A DNA stretch of 39,989 nucleotides from Bacteroidales bacterium UBA1458. Its GTDB lineage: Bacteria; Bacteroidota; Bacteroidia; Bacteroidales; VadinHA17. The stretch spans positions 7,738 to 47,726 of the forward strand of contig DCSU01000143.1 in NCBI GenBank assembly GCA_002325785.1. The letters run 5' to 3'. Both the position numbers and the translations under genes were made by a program. Of the stretch, positions 7,911 through 17,177 are shown piece after piece (positions within the stretch are counted from its first letter, which is position 1; every line of letters starts with the position of its first letter). The notes below the pieces were generated by a model. The model was not told the DNA's origin and made no database searches. It saw only the letters and a list, made by a program, of their open reading frames with translations.

Positions 7911-9113
7911 ATGCTGACAAAATATATTCTGGTAACCCTGTTCCTGGCAACTGCAGGCTGCGTCTCAAGCGAAGAACAGATTTCGCGCAAGGCTGACAAA
8001 CTTCACCAGGACATGCTCTCAGTTGATACCCATTGTGACACTCCGATGCGTCTCTACAGGGGCGGCTTTGACCTTGGTGTCCGCAACGAAAAGGGATGCA
8101 TAGACTTTCCACGGATGAAGGAGGGAGGACTTGATGCCGAGTTCTTTGCTGTCTTTATCGCCCAGGGGCCAAGGACACCTGAGGCTTTTGAACTGGAGCA
8201 CCAACATACCCTTGCTACTTTTGACTCAGTCAGATACAATGTGGCGCGTTACCCCGGCATGGCTGGGATAGCCCTGACACCTGACGACGCCTACAGGCTT
8301 AAGGCGGAAGGTAAAATCTCTGTTTTCATGGGAATTGAGAATGGTTACCCGGTAGGAACCGACATAACCAGGGTAAAACAGTATTATGATCTGGGAGCAC
8401 GGTACATCACCCTCTGCCATTCATCGAACAATGACATCTGCGATTCGTCAACTGACAAGGCCGGTCCTGAACATAACGGTCTCTCAGCCTTTGGCGAAGA
8501 GGTGGTGAAGGAGATGAACCGCATAGGTATGATCGTTGACGTGTCTCATATTTCTGACGAATCATTTTATGATGTGCTTAAGCTCTCGAAGGCTCCCGTC
8601 ATTGCTTCACACTCATCATGCAGGGCTCTGTGCGAGAGCCCCCGCAACCTTGACGACGAGATGCTGCAGGCTCTCAAGGAGAACGGCGGAGTAATACAGA
8701 TATGTATTCTCAGCGATTATCTCAAGCAGCCTGAACCCAATCCTGAGTTCGAAGCCAGGGCAGCTGAACTGCGCGAGAAATGGCAGGCAATGGGACCGGA
8801 TCTGACCGAGGCACAGAAAGAGGAGCGCTGGAACGAATACTCCGAACTGAAGAGACGATATGTGAAGCTGGCAACGGTAGCCGATGCCGTTAACCATATA
8901 CAGCACGTGGTTGACATTATAGGCATCGATTACGTGGGCATAGGGTCAGACTTCGATGGCGGCGGCGGCATAGAGGGATGCACTGATGTCTCGATGATGA
9001 AGAATATTACGAAGGAATTAATAAGTCGCGGTTACAGCCGTGATGACATTGTCAAGATCTGGGGCGGCAACTTCATGCGTGTCATGCGGGAGGCACAGAC
9101 GATTAGGCAGTAG
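7911..9113 (+). CDS. membrane dipeptidase, peptidase family M19 (lipoprotein)
   Basis: 400 aa with lipobox LATAGC. M19 motifs are present: DTHCDTP, ITLCHSSNN, VDVSHIS, ASHSSCRAL and GIGSDFDGGG. Confidence 0.9.
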   Translation: MLTKYILVTLFLATAGCVSSEEQISRKADKLHQDMLSVDTHCDTPMRLYRGGFDLGVRNEKGCIDFPRMKEGGLDAEFFAVFIAQGPRTPEAFELEHQHTLATFDSVRYNVARYPGMAGIALTPDDAYRLKAEGKISVFMGIENGYPVGTDITRVKQYYDLGARYITLCHSSNNDICDSSTDKAGPEHNGLSAFGEEVVKEMNRIGMIVDVSHISDESFYDVLKLSKAPVIASHSSCRALCESPRNLDDEMLQALKENGGVIQICILSDYLKQPEPNPEFEARAAELREKWQAMGPDLTEAQKEERWNEYSELKRRYVKLATVADAVNHIQHVVDIIGIDYVGIGSDFDGGGGIEGCTDVSMMKNITKELISRGYSRDDIVKIWGGNFMRVMREAQTIRQ

Positions 9114-9325
9114 GCAGTAGGCAATAGGCAGTAGTCGTATCTCGCTGATTGACTGAAGATTGTTGATTTGTAACTCGTATTAGCTGCGGTATACAATAAT
9201 TTTATCTCTACGAGGAATCAGAAAAGAATATCACCGTCAGTTCTACAATACTTTATACCTGCGAAACGGCTGTCGGTTACCGGGGCAAATTTTCACTACT
9301 GCCTATTGCCTACTGCCTACTGCCT
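9105..9325. repeat. 221-bp element bounded by perfect 30-bp inverted repeats made of AGGCAGT heptamers (MITE-like, or a long-stem bidirectional terminator)
   Basis: 9105-9134 is AGGCAGTAGGCAGTAGGCAATAGGCAGTAG. It is the exact reverse complement of 9296-9325. The 161-bp spacer is AT-rich. The stop codons of both flanking genes lie inside the arms. Confidence 0.85.
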
Positions 9326-10410
9326 GACCCAGGCTTCACCCTCGAGAACCGCAGTGCTTTGATCATCCATGACGGTAGCGGCTTGTGCGGGTTACGCTTA
9401 CGGAGGTCGATATACCATCCCAGCTTTTTGATGATGGGTACCTTGTGTGTCTCCACGAACTCTATCAGCGTACCGTCAGGGTCTGCAATATAGGCAAAGT
9501 GACCTGCCGCTTCCCCCATGTCGAAGCTGTCACCCTCACGGCTCTGCTGGCTGTCGACGGTGAACGGGAAGCCTGTTTCCCGGCAGTACCTGCGCAGGTT
9601 GTCCATACCCATGATGTCATAACAGAGATGAATGAAGCCGGGGTCACCCCATATCCTGCCTTCAAAAATGCGCGGAGCAGTGCGGTCAGTGGACTGAACG
9701 AGCTCGATGACACTCTGCCCGAAGAGTGGATTGAAACCTCCGTGGAACGGCCTGGTAGGAGCCAGAAGAACCCGCCTGAAGATGCCGGTGCCACCGGGTA
9801 TCGGTGAAAGATCGTCAAAGGTGCCGGAAAGATCATAGACAACCCTGTCATATCCAAGTATGTCAGAATAGACCTTCATGGCCCCTTCAATGTCGGTAAC
9901 ACCAATGATTGCCCCGTATGACCCGCCTGATATCTTCCTGAGGTTCATGAACCAGTCGGTGGCGCCTACGATATGAAAAATATTCCCGAAGGGGTCTTTC
10001 ACGAAGAAGCTCTTTTTACCGGAGGGGTCGTCGGCAGGTCTGCCCAGGACCTCTACCCCGTTATTTGTCCAGTACTGCCATGCGCCCTCCACATCCTTTA
10101 CCTTCATCTTGCATGCGAAGATGCCCAGGTCTCCAAGTCTTATCTCACGATGGCTGTACTCTGGTTCTTTTCCCTTGTGCTGCCACACCTCAAAACCGCC
10201 ACCGCTCTGCAGGTTCATTGCCAGAACGGCATGCCTGCTTCGTGTTTCACCACCGGTATATGGAAGCATTAGCCTGGCCTCTGCCTCTTCCTCAAAGATC
10301 CGGCAGTCCATACCGAAGGCTCTTATATACCACTCCCAGGCCTGGGTGAGGTCATAGACCCCGACGCCCATCTGCTGTATCCCGCTGACAGTATATCCTT
10401 TGATCTTCAT
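9310..10410 (-). CDS. VOC (glyoxalase/bleomycin-resistance/dioxygenase) family protein with tandem domains
   Basis: 366 aa with two segments of VOC-like pattern: GIQQMGVGVYDL..A..WY...FG...F.KDPFGNIF.IV, and GAIIGVTDIEGAMKVYSDILGYD...ADPDGTLIEFVE. The family-level call comes from motif reading only. Confidence 0.6.
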   Translation of the reverse strand: MKIKGYTVSGIQQMGVGVYDLTQAWEWYIRAFGMDCRIFEEEAEARLMLPYTGGETRSRHAVLAMNLQSGGGFEVWQHKGKEPEYSHREIRLGDLGIFACKMKVKDVEGAWQYWTNNGVEVLGRPADDPSGKKSFFVKDPFGNIFHIVGATDWFMNLRKISGGSYGAIIGVTDIEGAMKVYSDILGYDRVVYDLSGTFDDLSPIPGGTGIFRRVLLAPTRPFHGGFNPLFGQSVIELVQSTDRTAPRIFEGRIWGDPGFIHLCYDIMGMDNLRRYCRETGFPFTVDSQQSREGDSFDMGEAAGHFAYIADPDGTLIEFVETHKVPIIKKLGWYIDLRKRNPHKPLPSWMIKALRFSRVKPGSGSRQ

Positions 10411-10417
10411 TGTTCAT

Positions 10418-11218
10418 TTACATTGGTTTGATCCTCCCCGCAATCCTGAAGAACAGTGCAGGCATGTATTTTCTTATTTTAAGCATCAGCAGCTCACTGC
10501 TGCCAACCAGAATCTCTCTCTTATTCCGTCTCAGGCCCCTGATTATCTGTTGTGCTGCCTTATCTGCGGATACTCCGCCGGCCTGGCCGTCGTCCATCTT
10601 TCCATGTTCAGCGCCGGTGGCTGTCAGGGCATGGAAAGAGATACGGGTCTGTACCCTTCCCGGAATCAGTACTGACACCCTGATGTTGTCTTTGCGGTGC
10701 TCAAGCAGCAGGGTCTCAAAGAAACCGTGCAGCGCCTGCTTTGATGCAGAATAGGCAGAACGTAGCGGAAAACCGAACCGGCCTGAGATAGAACTTGTGG
10801 CGACTATTTGTCCGCCCCCGCTGCCTATCATCCATGGTAAAACTGCCTTGGTGAGGGCTATGGTTCCGAAATAATTGATTTCCATTATTTTACGGTCAAG
10901 CCACAGTGGTGTCTCCCGGATCAGGGCTCTCTGGCTGATACCGCCTATGTTAAGCAGGATGTCAATTTTACCTTCTCTCTCAATCACTCCGGCAACGAGC
11001 TCCTCAATGCCTGACATATCGCTCAGGTCAAAGGCAACCGGGGTGACGCTGCCTCTCATGGCGGCACATGAGCCGGTCACCTCTGTGAGCCTGACGCTTT
11101 CATTTGATGAGGCTATTACCCTGCTGCCCCCTTCGGCAAAGGCTCTTACAAGAGCTTCACCTATGCCTGAGGAGGCCCCGGTGATCCAGACTATCTTTCC
11201 GGTGAAGAAATCCTTCAT
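10418..11218 (-). CDS. SDR family oxidoreductase
   Basis: 266 aa with the Rossmann motif TGASSGIGEAL, NIGG, and the catalytic YSASKQAL. Confidence 0.9.
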   Translation of the reverse strand: MKDFFTGKIVWITGASSGIGEALVRAFAEGGSRVIASSNESVRLTEVTGSCAAMRGSVTPVAFDLSDMSGIEELVAGVIEREGKIDILLNIGGISQRALIRETPLWLDRKIMEINYFGTIALTKAVLPWMIGSGGGQIVATSSISGRFGFPLRSAYSASKQALHGFFETLLLEHRKDNIRVSVLIPGRVQTRISFHALTATGAEHGKMDDGQAGGVSADKAAQQIIRGLRRNKREILVGSSELLMLKIRKYMPALFFRIAGRIKPM

Positions 11219-11220
11219 TG

Positions 11221-12549
11221 TCAGAGCAAGGTTATCCGGTTGATAAGTCTGCCGTATGTGTCACGAAGCCTGATGAAGAGCGGGTTTTTAACCCTGATGA
11301 GGTGCCATATCCTGAAGCCTCCGACAGTCCTGCGGAAGAGAAGGAACCAGTTCCAGGCGATGATCCCCAGTACGGGAACCATCAGGAAGGCGATCACCGC
11401 AAGCCACCAGGGCTTGATAAAGATGAGGGCCAGTATCAGGTAAACAGGCCCGAAGATGAAACTGAACCCCAGGAAGAAACCGTACCTGGCAGTGCTTATG
11501 AAGGCAGGATCCTTGGATTTGATTGACTGGATGTAGGCGACCTGAAAGGTGAGTATGTTGAGCAGGGCTCCACCAAGAAACACAGGCAGGGTGATCAGAA
11601 GCAGGAGCGATGACAAGATCATCCACCCTATGGGGTGTTTCTTCTTTCTGAGTTGTCTGTAGGTCAGCTGCAACTGGGTGGCAAGGTCCCTGACAGTGAG
11701 GGTGTCGTTGCATATCTCCCTGTAAGCTTCCGGATCTGAAGCATGCAACTCGTTGACCTTGCTTACCAGCCTTTGGTCACGGAAGAGTTTAGGATACCTG
11801 ATGCTGTCACTGTATTTTTCATTGACAATGTTCCTCAGCTCATTGATAGCTTCATAGTCCTGTTCCTCCTCTATGTGCACCATGACCTTCTTCATATCTG
11901 CCGAGAGCCTGTCACGCAGCTCCACTATCGCCCTGTTGGGGTTCTCCCTGAAGGCGTCATAGTATTCTGAGACGTGGATAGGATGACCGTAGACCACTGT
12001 GAGCACCTGTCTGAACCGCCAGTAGTGTGAGTATTCAAGACCGACAGGCACAATGTTTATCTCTTTGCTGAAACCGGAGGCCTCAGCCGTCTGAAAGGCA
12101 ATACGGCAAATACCCTTCTTCAGCTGTCTGAGTTTCCGGTAGCTGGCGTGGTTGCCCTCGGGCAGTATCACAACACCGTTGCGGTGCTCCATAACCCTGA
12201 GCGTATCGCGGAAGGTGTCATCATTCTGTTTCAGGTGCTCAAAGCCGTCTCTTATCCGGTAGACAGGCAGCATCTTGAGGAAGTAAAGGATCCGTGCAAT
12301 CATCTTTTTCCGGAAGATGTCAGCTCTTGCCAGGAAGATCAGCTGCCTGTCGAGTGTCCCGATGACAGCCATGGCATCCATCAGCGCATTCTGGTGGTTG
12401 GGGGCAAATATTGTCGGTATAGAGAAATCGATATTATCCCTTCCGTAAGCCAGAACTTTACGGTAAAAGATATAGTTATGCCAGAAATCGACGTATTTTT
12501 TCAGAAGCTGATAGAAAACATCATACTTCTCAATATTGTTCTTACCCAT
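11221..12549 (-). CDS. lysophospholipid/glycerol-phosphate acyltransferase family protein (PlsC-like) with a C-terminal multi-TM region
   Basis: 442 aa with acyltransferase block I NHQNALMD and block III ILPEGNH. Hydrophobic helices sit near the C-terminus (WMILSSLLLLITLPVFLGGALL; FIFGPVYLILALIFIKPWWLAVIAFLMVPVLGIIAW). Confidence 0.75.
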   Translation of the reverse strand: MGKNNIEKYDVFYQLLKKYVDFWHNYIFYRKVLAYGRDNIDFSIPTIFAPNHQNALMDAMAVIGTLDRQLIFLARADIFRKKMIARILYFLKMLPVYRIRDGFEHLKQNDDTFRDTLRVMEHRNGVVILPEGNHASYRKLRQLKKGICRIAFQTAEASGFSKEINIVPVGLEYSHYWRFRQVLTVVYGHPIHVSEYYDAFRENPNRAIVELRDRLSADMKKVMVHIEEEQDYEAINELRNIVNEKYSDSIRYPKLFRDQRLVSKVNELHASDPEAYREICNDTLTVRDLATQLQLTYRQLRKKKHPIGWMILSSLLLLITLPVFLGGALLNILTFQVAYIQSIKSKDPAFISTARYGFFLGFSFIFGPVYLILALIFIKPWWLAVIAFLMVPVLGIIAWNWFLLFRRTVGGFRIWHLIRVKNPLFIRLRDTYGRLINRITLL

Positions 12550-12716
12550 TCCGCAACCAGGTTTAGCTACTATTCCTATGAAGAAAGCCCAAGGCTTCCG
12601 CGATGACTAAGTTAGAAAAAGTTCTCCCCCTAAGAATCAAATTTGTAGATTCTTAACTGTGGAACTCTGCATTTTAGGTATTTATACCACCTGGCAGGAG
12701 GCAGGCGCCGGGTAAG

Positions 12717-13094
12717 CTAACTGATGAAATCCTCCAGATCTCTTCTTTCCCTCTTGGTAGGTCTGCCGCTTCCGCGGGGTCTGAATCCGAAAGCTGTCTT
12801 TGCAGCAATGATCTTGTTCTTCTCCTCCTCCGGCGTGAGGTCGCTGATGTATTCGCCCACCAGTTTGGCGCCCACCCTGCTGGCCGGTATGCCAGTCACC
12901 AGCCATGTATAGGTCACCGGTGGTTTCCTGACGAGAACTGTTAGACCTGGTGTGACGGGGTGGGCGGGCTTGACCGCGACTCCAGCAATGGTGACTCTTC
13001 CAATGCGGCATGCCTCAGTGGCTTCGCTGCGCGATTTGTAGAGCCTTACGCTCCAGAGGAACTTATCTATCCTTTCCCCCTTCAGTGCTGTCAT
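12717..13094 (-). CDS. hslR: RNA-binding S4 domain protein (Hsp15/HslR-like)
   Basis: ERIDKFLWSVRLYKSRSEATEACRIGRVTIAGVAVKPA is an S4 domain, followed by a basic tail. The ORF-track start at 13097 is GTG and the ATG is at 13094. The gene overlaps the pth 3' end by about 32 nt. Confidence 0.8.
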   Translation of the reverse strand: MTALKGERIDKFLWSVRLYKSRSEATEACRIGRVTIAGVAVKPAHPVTPGLTVLVRKPPVTYTWLVTGIPASRVGAKLVGEYISDLTPEEEKNKIIAAKTAFGFRPRGSGRPTKRERRDLEDFIS

Positions 13095-13671
13095 CACCAG
13101 GTTTTTTACCTGCCTTGTTGAATGCTGTCATCGTTAGCTCGCATCCGGCAGTGACGAATGAAAGTATGAAATCAACAGCAAGCGGCAACCGCCGTGTGAG
13201 CACGGTGAGCTCGCCTTCTGTCCATTCGCCAAGCACATAGTCTACCTGCCTTCCGCGGGGAAAGTCGTCCCCGATGCCAACGCGCAGCCTTGCATAATCA
13301 TCCGTTCCAAGCACCTCGCTGATACTGGCCAGGCCGTTGTGGCCGCCGGGGCTGCCTTTGGCCCGCAGCCTGATGCTTCCGGTAGGGATGGCTATATCGT
13401 CAGTTACCACCAGCAGGTTTTCGGGCGGAATATTCTCCTTTTGCATCCAGTAGCGCACGGCGTTACCACTTCTGTTCATCAGGGTGGATGGCTTGAGCAG
13501 GATCATCTGTGCATTTTTGTGGCGCATCTCTGCCACCAGACCGTAACGGCGGTCTGTAAAAGAGATACCGGATGCTGCTGTTGCAGCATCCAGTACCATG
13601 AACCCGACATTATGCCGTGTGTTTTTATACTCCTCGCCTATGTTGCCCAGACCGGCGATAAGGTATTTCAT
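13063..13671 (-). CDS. pth: aminoacyl-tRNA hydrolase (peptidyl-tRNA hydrolase)
   Basis: MKYLIAGLGNIGEEYKNTRHNVGFMVLD...GGHNGL are canonical Pth motifs. Confidence 0.95.
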   Translation of the reverse strand: MKYLIAGLGNIGEEYKNTRHNVGFMVLDAATAASGISFTDRRYGLVAEMRHKNAQMILLKPSTLMNRSGNAVRYWMQKENIPPENLLVVTDDIAIPTGSIRLRAKGSPGGHNGLASISEVLGTDDYARLRVGIGDDFPRGRQVDYVLGEWTEGELTVLTRRLPLAVDFILSFVTAGCELTMTAFNKAGKKPGDDSTEGGKDR

Positions 13672-13694
13672 TATTTCGGGGTACTGCTTAGGCT

Positions 13695-14309
13695 TTATTC
13701 TGCAGCCGGAGCTTCAGCGACGGGAGCTTCAGCACCCGGAGCAGCTGCTTCTTCTTCCTTGATGGTGACCCTGGAGACATCAACAGATACAATCATTGCA
13801 CGCTTGTTGTCAATGATCTCGAGTTTGTCGTAGGAGAGGTCACCAATCTTCACAGACTGGCCTATTTCGATTTTTGAGATATCAATGTCGAGATGCTCGG
13901 GAAGGTCCTTAATAAGGCCCTTCACTTTGAGGTTTCTGCGTTTAACCTTGAGCTTGCCACCTGCCTTCACACCGGGAGATACTCCAGTGATCAGGAGGGG
14001 AATATCCATTGTAACAGGCTTATCATCAAATACCTGCATAAAATCAACATGCAGTAGCAGGTCACTGACCGGGTGGAACTGAAGGTCCTTCATGACGGCA
14101 TTGTAACTCTTTCCGTCAACTATCAGGTTAACAAGAAATACATCAGGGCTGTAAACCAGTCCGCGGAATACGTTTTGATGTGCAAAAAAATGCAGATTCT
14201 CCTTCTCCCTGTACATGACACATGGTACATTACCCTCTGCCCTCAGGCTGTTGGCACCCTTTTTACCGAACTGATCGCGTGAGACGGCTTTTATCTCAAT
14301 AGTCTTCAT
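13695..14309 (-). CDS. rplY: 50S ribosomal protein L25 / general stress protein Ctc
   Basis: 204 aa. The N-terminus is FGKKGANSLRAEGNVPCVMY and the tail is Ala/Glu/Pro-rich. It sits in the conserved prs-rplY-pth order. Confidence 0.9.
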   Translation of the reverse strand: MKTIEIKAVSRDQFGKKGANSLRAEGNVPCVMYREKENLHFFAHQNVFRGLVYSPDVFLVNLIVDGKSYNAVMKDLQFHPVSDLLLHVDFMQVFDDKPVTMDIPLLITGVSPGVKAGGKLKVKRRNLKVKGLIKDLPEHLDIDISKIEIGQSVKIGDLSYDKLEIIDNKRAMIVSVDVSRVTIKEEEAAAPGAEAPVAEAPAAE

Positions 14310-14394
14310 TAGTCTTTAATTAGTTGTGTTACTCAAGGTTACTTGCCCGGAAACCTCCCATCACACGTTTGACGTTTTCAAAAAAATTGGCCTG

Positions 14395-14402
14395 CAAATA
14401 TA
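14395..14402 (-). promoter_or_regulatory. -7 promoter box (TATATTTG on the minus strand) for rplY-pth-hslR
   Basis: The reverse complement of CAAATATA is TATATTTG, about 86 nt upstream of the rplY ATG. This implies a 5' UTR of roughly 80 nt. Confidence 0.45.
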
Positions 14403-14412
14403 GCAAAAAAGG

Positions 14413-15351
14413 TTAAAAAACAAAACCTGAACTGATGGAGCTGTTTGTATACACTGCTTTTATTGCTCCGGCGAATATTTCTCCTACCGGCAGCACCTTG
14501 ATTTTCGGCGAATGCCTGAGCATGGGGATGCTGTCAGTGACGACCAGTTCCTCGAGGGGTGAGTTGTCAATTCTGTCCACAGCGTCTCCCGACAGGACGG
14601 GGTGTGTCGCTACCGCCCTGACGCTGAGAGCGCCGCGGTCTTTCATCACTGTGGCGGCAAAGGTTAGCGTGCCGGCAGTGTCAACGAGGTCGTCAATGAT
14701 AACCACGTGTCGTCCCTCAACCTCGCCTATCACCGAGATCTCCTCAACCACGTTCGGTTTTTTTCTCAGCTTGTAGCAGAGTACCAGCTCGCTCTGGAGG
14801 TAACGAGAGTAGGCATTAGCCCTCTTTGATCCTCCCATATCGGGAGCCGATACCGTCAGGTTGGGCAGGTTGAGATTCCTGATATACGGGGCAAATAGCG
14901 CCGAGCCAAAGAGGTGATCGACGGGGACATCGAAGAATCCCTGTATCTGGTCAGCATGAAGGTCCATAGTGATGATACGGTCAACACCGGCTTTGGTGAG
15001 CAGGTCGGCTGTCAGCTTTGCGCCCAGCGACACCCTCGGCCTGTCCTTCCGGTCCTGCCTTGCATAACCGTAATAGGGAATCACTGCATTGACCTTGTAG
15101 GCCGATGCCCTCTTGGCCGCATCAATCATCAGAAGTAGCTCCATCAGGTTCTCGGCAGGTGGATTGGTTGACTGGATGATGAAAACATGACAACCCCTGA
15201 CAGACTCATCAAAACAGGGCTGGAACTCGCCGTCACTGAAGCTCAGGAGTGAGCTTTTGCCAAGCGCTATGCCAAGATTGTCTGCTATTTTTTCTGCTAT
15301 GCTTAACGATGAGGTGCATGAAAAGATCTTAAAAGGAGCTCTGCCGATCAT
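14413..15351 (-). CDS. prs: ribose-phosphate pyrophosphokinase
   Basis: 312 aa with YYGYARQDRK, the PRPP-binding loop VVIIDDLVDTAGT, and DLHADQIQGFF. Confidence 0.95.
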   Translation of the reverse strand: MIGRAPFKIFSCTSSLSIAEKIADNLGIALGKSSLLSFSDGEFQPCFDESVRGCHVFIIQSTNPPAENLMELLLMIDAAKRASAYKVNAVIPYYGYARQDRKDRPRVSLGAKLTADLLTKAGVDRIITMDLHADQIQGFFDVPVDHLFGSALFAPYIRNLNLPNLTVSAPDMGGSKRANAYSRYLQSELVLCYKLRKKPNVVEEISVIGEVEGRHVVIIDDLVDTAGTLTFAATVMKDRGALSVRAVATHPVLSGDAVDRIDNSPLEELVVTDSIPMLRHSPKIKVLPVGEIFAGAIKAVYTNSSISSGFVF

Positions 15352-15412
15352 ACTGGGATAATTAAGGTAGGTTTCACTGAATGATGCCGCTAAATTAATA
15401 TTAATGGCTAAA

Positions 15413-16021
15413 TCATTTTTCTCTTTTGAAAAATATCATGTTCTCACTGATATATTCTAGCAGTTCCTCCCTGCCTGTGCCTTTCTCTGCTGAGGTGATG
15501 AAGGCAGGAGGGAGGCTCTCCCAGGTGCCCAGCATGGCTCTGTCATGAAGATTCCTGTTCTTTTCGGCCTCAGCCAGTGAGACCTTATCCGTCTTGGTGA
15601 AGACCCTGGCGAAGGGCACACCGTTCAGCGCCAGCCTCTCCATGAAGGCAAGGTCAGAGGCCATCGGCTCATGGCGGGAGTCCAGGAGCACAAACAGGGA
15701 AATGAGGTTTTCACGTTTGGTGACATAGGTGTTGAACAGCCTGTCCCACTCAGCTCTCATCTTCTGTGAGCGGCGTGCGTAACCGTAGCCGGGAAGATCA
15801 ACGAGGTACCAGCCTTCATTGATCAGAAAATGGTTTATGGTCTGGGTTTTCCCGGGACTGCATGATATCTTGGCGAGCCCTTTTCTTGATACCAGCATGT
15901 TCAGCAGTGACGATTTGCCAACGTTTGAGCGGCCGATGAAGGCATACTCCGGCAGGTCAGGCGGTGGCAGCTGGTTGAACTTGGCGCTGCTGGTGACGAA
16001 TGTAGCTGACCTGATGATCAT
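15413..16021 (-). CDS. engB: ribosome biogenesis GTP-binding protein YihA/YsxC (EngB)
   Basis: G1 GRSNVGKSSLLN, G3 DLPGYGY and G4 TKTDK. The ORF-track start at 16024 is GTG and the ATG is at 16021. Confidence 0.9.
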   Translation of the reverse strand: MIIRSATFVTSSAKFNQLPPPDLPEYAFIGRSNVGKSSLLNMLVSRKGLAKISCSPGKTQTINHFLINEGWYLVDLPGYGYARRSQKMRAEWDRLFNTYVTKRENLISLFVLLDSRHEPMASDLAFMERLALNGVPFARVFTKTDKVSLAEAEKNRNLHDRAMLGTWESLPPAFITSAEKGTGREELLEYISENMIFFKREK

Positions 16022-16407
16022 CACCCCTGGATTTTTGAGATGAATTTATCGTTATCGATGATGAACCTTTCATGATGGCCTTCGCCGATAATTCCTGTCT
16101 CGTCGCTGGCTTCCACATGGAAGAGAAGTCTCCTGCCGTTAACCTCCTGCAGAGTGACGGTGCATGTCACAATCCTGCCTACTGCCGTAGCTTTGACATG
16201 CTTGACATGGATCTCTGTTCCTACCGTTCCTTCCCCGGTGTTCAGGCATGCCTCCACGGACCTCATCGCCGTCTGTTCCATGAAGGCTATCATGGCCGGA
16301 GTGGAAAAGACATCATGGAGACCTGATCCGTATACGGCTGCAGTATCACTCTCAGTGACCGTTTTGGTATTAGTGAGCCTTATGCCCGGTACAAGTATCT
16401 CTGACAT
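16021..16407 (-). CDS. hotdog-fold thioesterase family protein (FlK-like)
   Basis: The sequence TESDTAAVYGSGLHDVFSTPAMIAFMEQTAM...GTEIHVKHVKAT.VG is typical of the small thioesterase family. Starting at ATG 16407 avoids overlapping the upstream gene, which stops at 16415. Confidence 0.7.
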   Translation of the reverse strand: MSEILVPGIRLTNTKTVTESDTAAVYGSGLHDVFSTPAMIAFMEQTAMRSVEACLNTGEGTVGTEIHVKHVKATAVGRIVTCTVTLQEVNGRRLLFHVEASDETGIIGEGHHERFIIDNDKFISKIQG

Positions 16408-16414
16408 AATATTA

Positions 16415-17176
16415 TTAATTGAGATCTTTATATGGCAGGGGAATCGCCAGGCGATAGTACAGCCTGTTACCAAACCCTGTCAGGTAGGCTGCAATTACCA
16501 CCACTGAATCTGCGTAATGATCCTGTGTCTTCTGCAGGTCGAGGTATCCCGTTGTCGCAGTCTGAAGCAGCGGTTTAACCGAATCCAGATCCACCAGCCC
16601 GTCAACCAGGTCTCCCCTGTAATACTTCACATTCTCAGCCATGTCAGTCATCTCTATGAAGAGCTTATACATCCCTCTCTCCTCATACCTGTCATTGGTT
16701 CTGAATTGTATTCCCGGGTAGGCAGTCACCTTCTCGCCGCTCATTTTGTACTCCTCGAGCCCGGGCAGGCGTTTGCCATTTAAGTATTCAATTTTTGCCT
16801 TCACGCGGCCGCTCTTGTAATATTGTACCTGGGAGCCGTGGATGGTGTCATTTACATAAGGGGTGACCCTGAAGAGCTTACTGTCAGGATAGTACCACCT
16901 GGCTTCACCGTTCTTCTTTCCGCCGGCATAGGGTATCTCCTGTTCAATAACCCCGCCTTTGTAGAAGGTGCGGGTCAGTCCCTCCCTGACGCCGTTTTTG
17001 AACTCCACCTCTTTGACAATCACATCATCCCTGATATAATTACGTATACCTGTGTAGCCCGTATCAGCTACATGTCCGGCCTTCTTTTTTCCGCCTCCGG
17101 CGTCACCGGCTCCGCCCCCGCATGAGGCGGTGATTATGAGTATCAGTGCTGCTGCAATGGCTGTCAGTTTGTTCAT
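16415..17176 (-). CDS. MORN-repeat-variant (YwqK-like) lipoprotein
   Basis: The lipoprotein signal MNKLTAIAAALILIITASCGG follows the internal ATG at 17176. Repeated G..G....Y...G motifs are present (NGVREGLTRTFYKGG, KKNGEARWYYPD, IHGSQVQYYKSG). Confidence 0.6.
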   Translation of the reverse strand: MNKLTAIAAALILIITASCGGGAGDAGGGKKKAGHVADTGYTGIRNYIRDDVIVKEVEFKNGVREGLTRTFYKGGVIEQEIPYAGGKKNGEARWYYPDSKLFRVTPYVNDTIHGSQVQYYKSGRVKAKIEYLNGKRLPGLEEYKMSGEKVTAYPGIQFRTNDRYEERGMYKLFIEMTDMAENVKYYRGDLVDGLVDLDSVKPLLQTATTGYLDLQKTQDHYADSVVVIAAYLTGFGNRLYYRLAIPLPYKDLN

Positions 17177-17177
17177 C

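Noticed and set aside
12631-12655. An 8-bp AT-rich hairpin TAAGAATC/GATTCTTA between hslR and the acyltransferase gene, considered as a terminator.
   Set aside because: The stem is short and AT-rich with a 9-nt loop and no following T tract on the minus strand. It is too weak to call.
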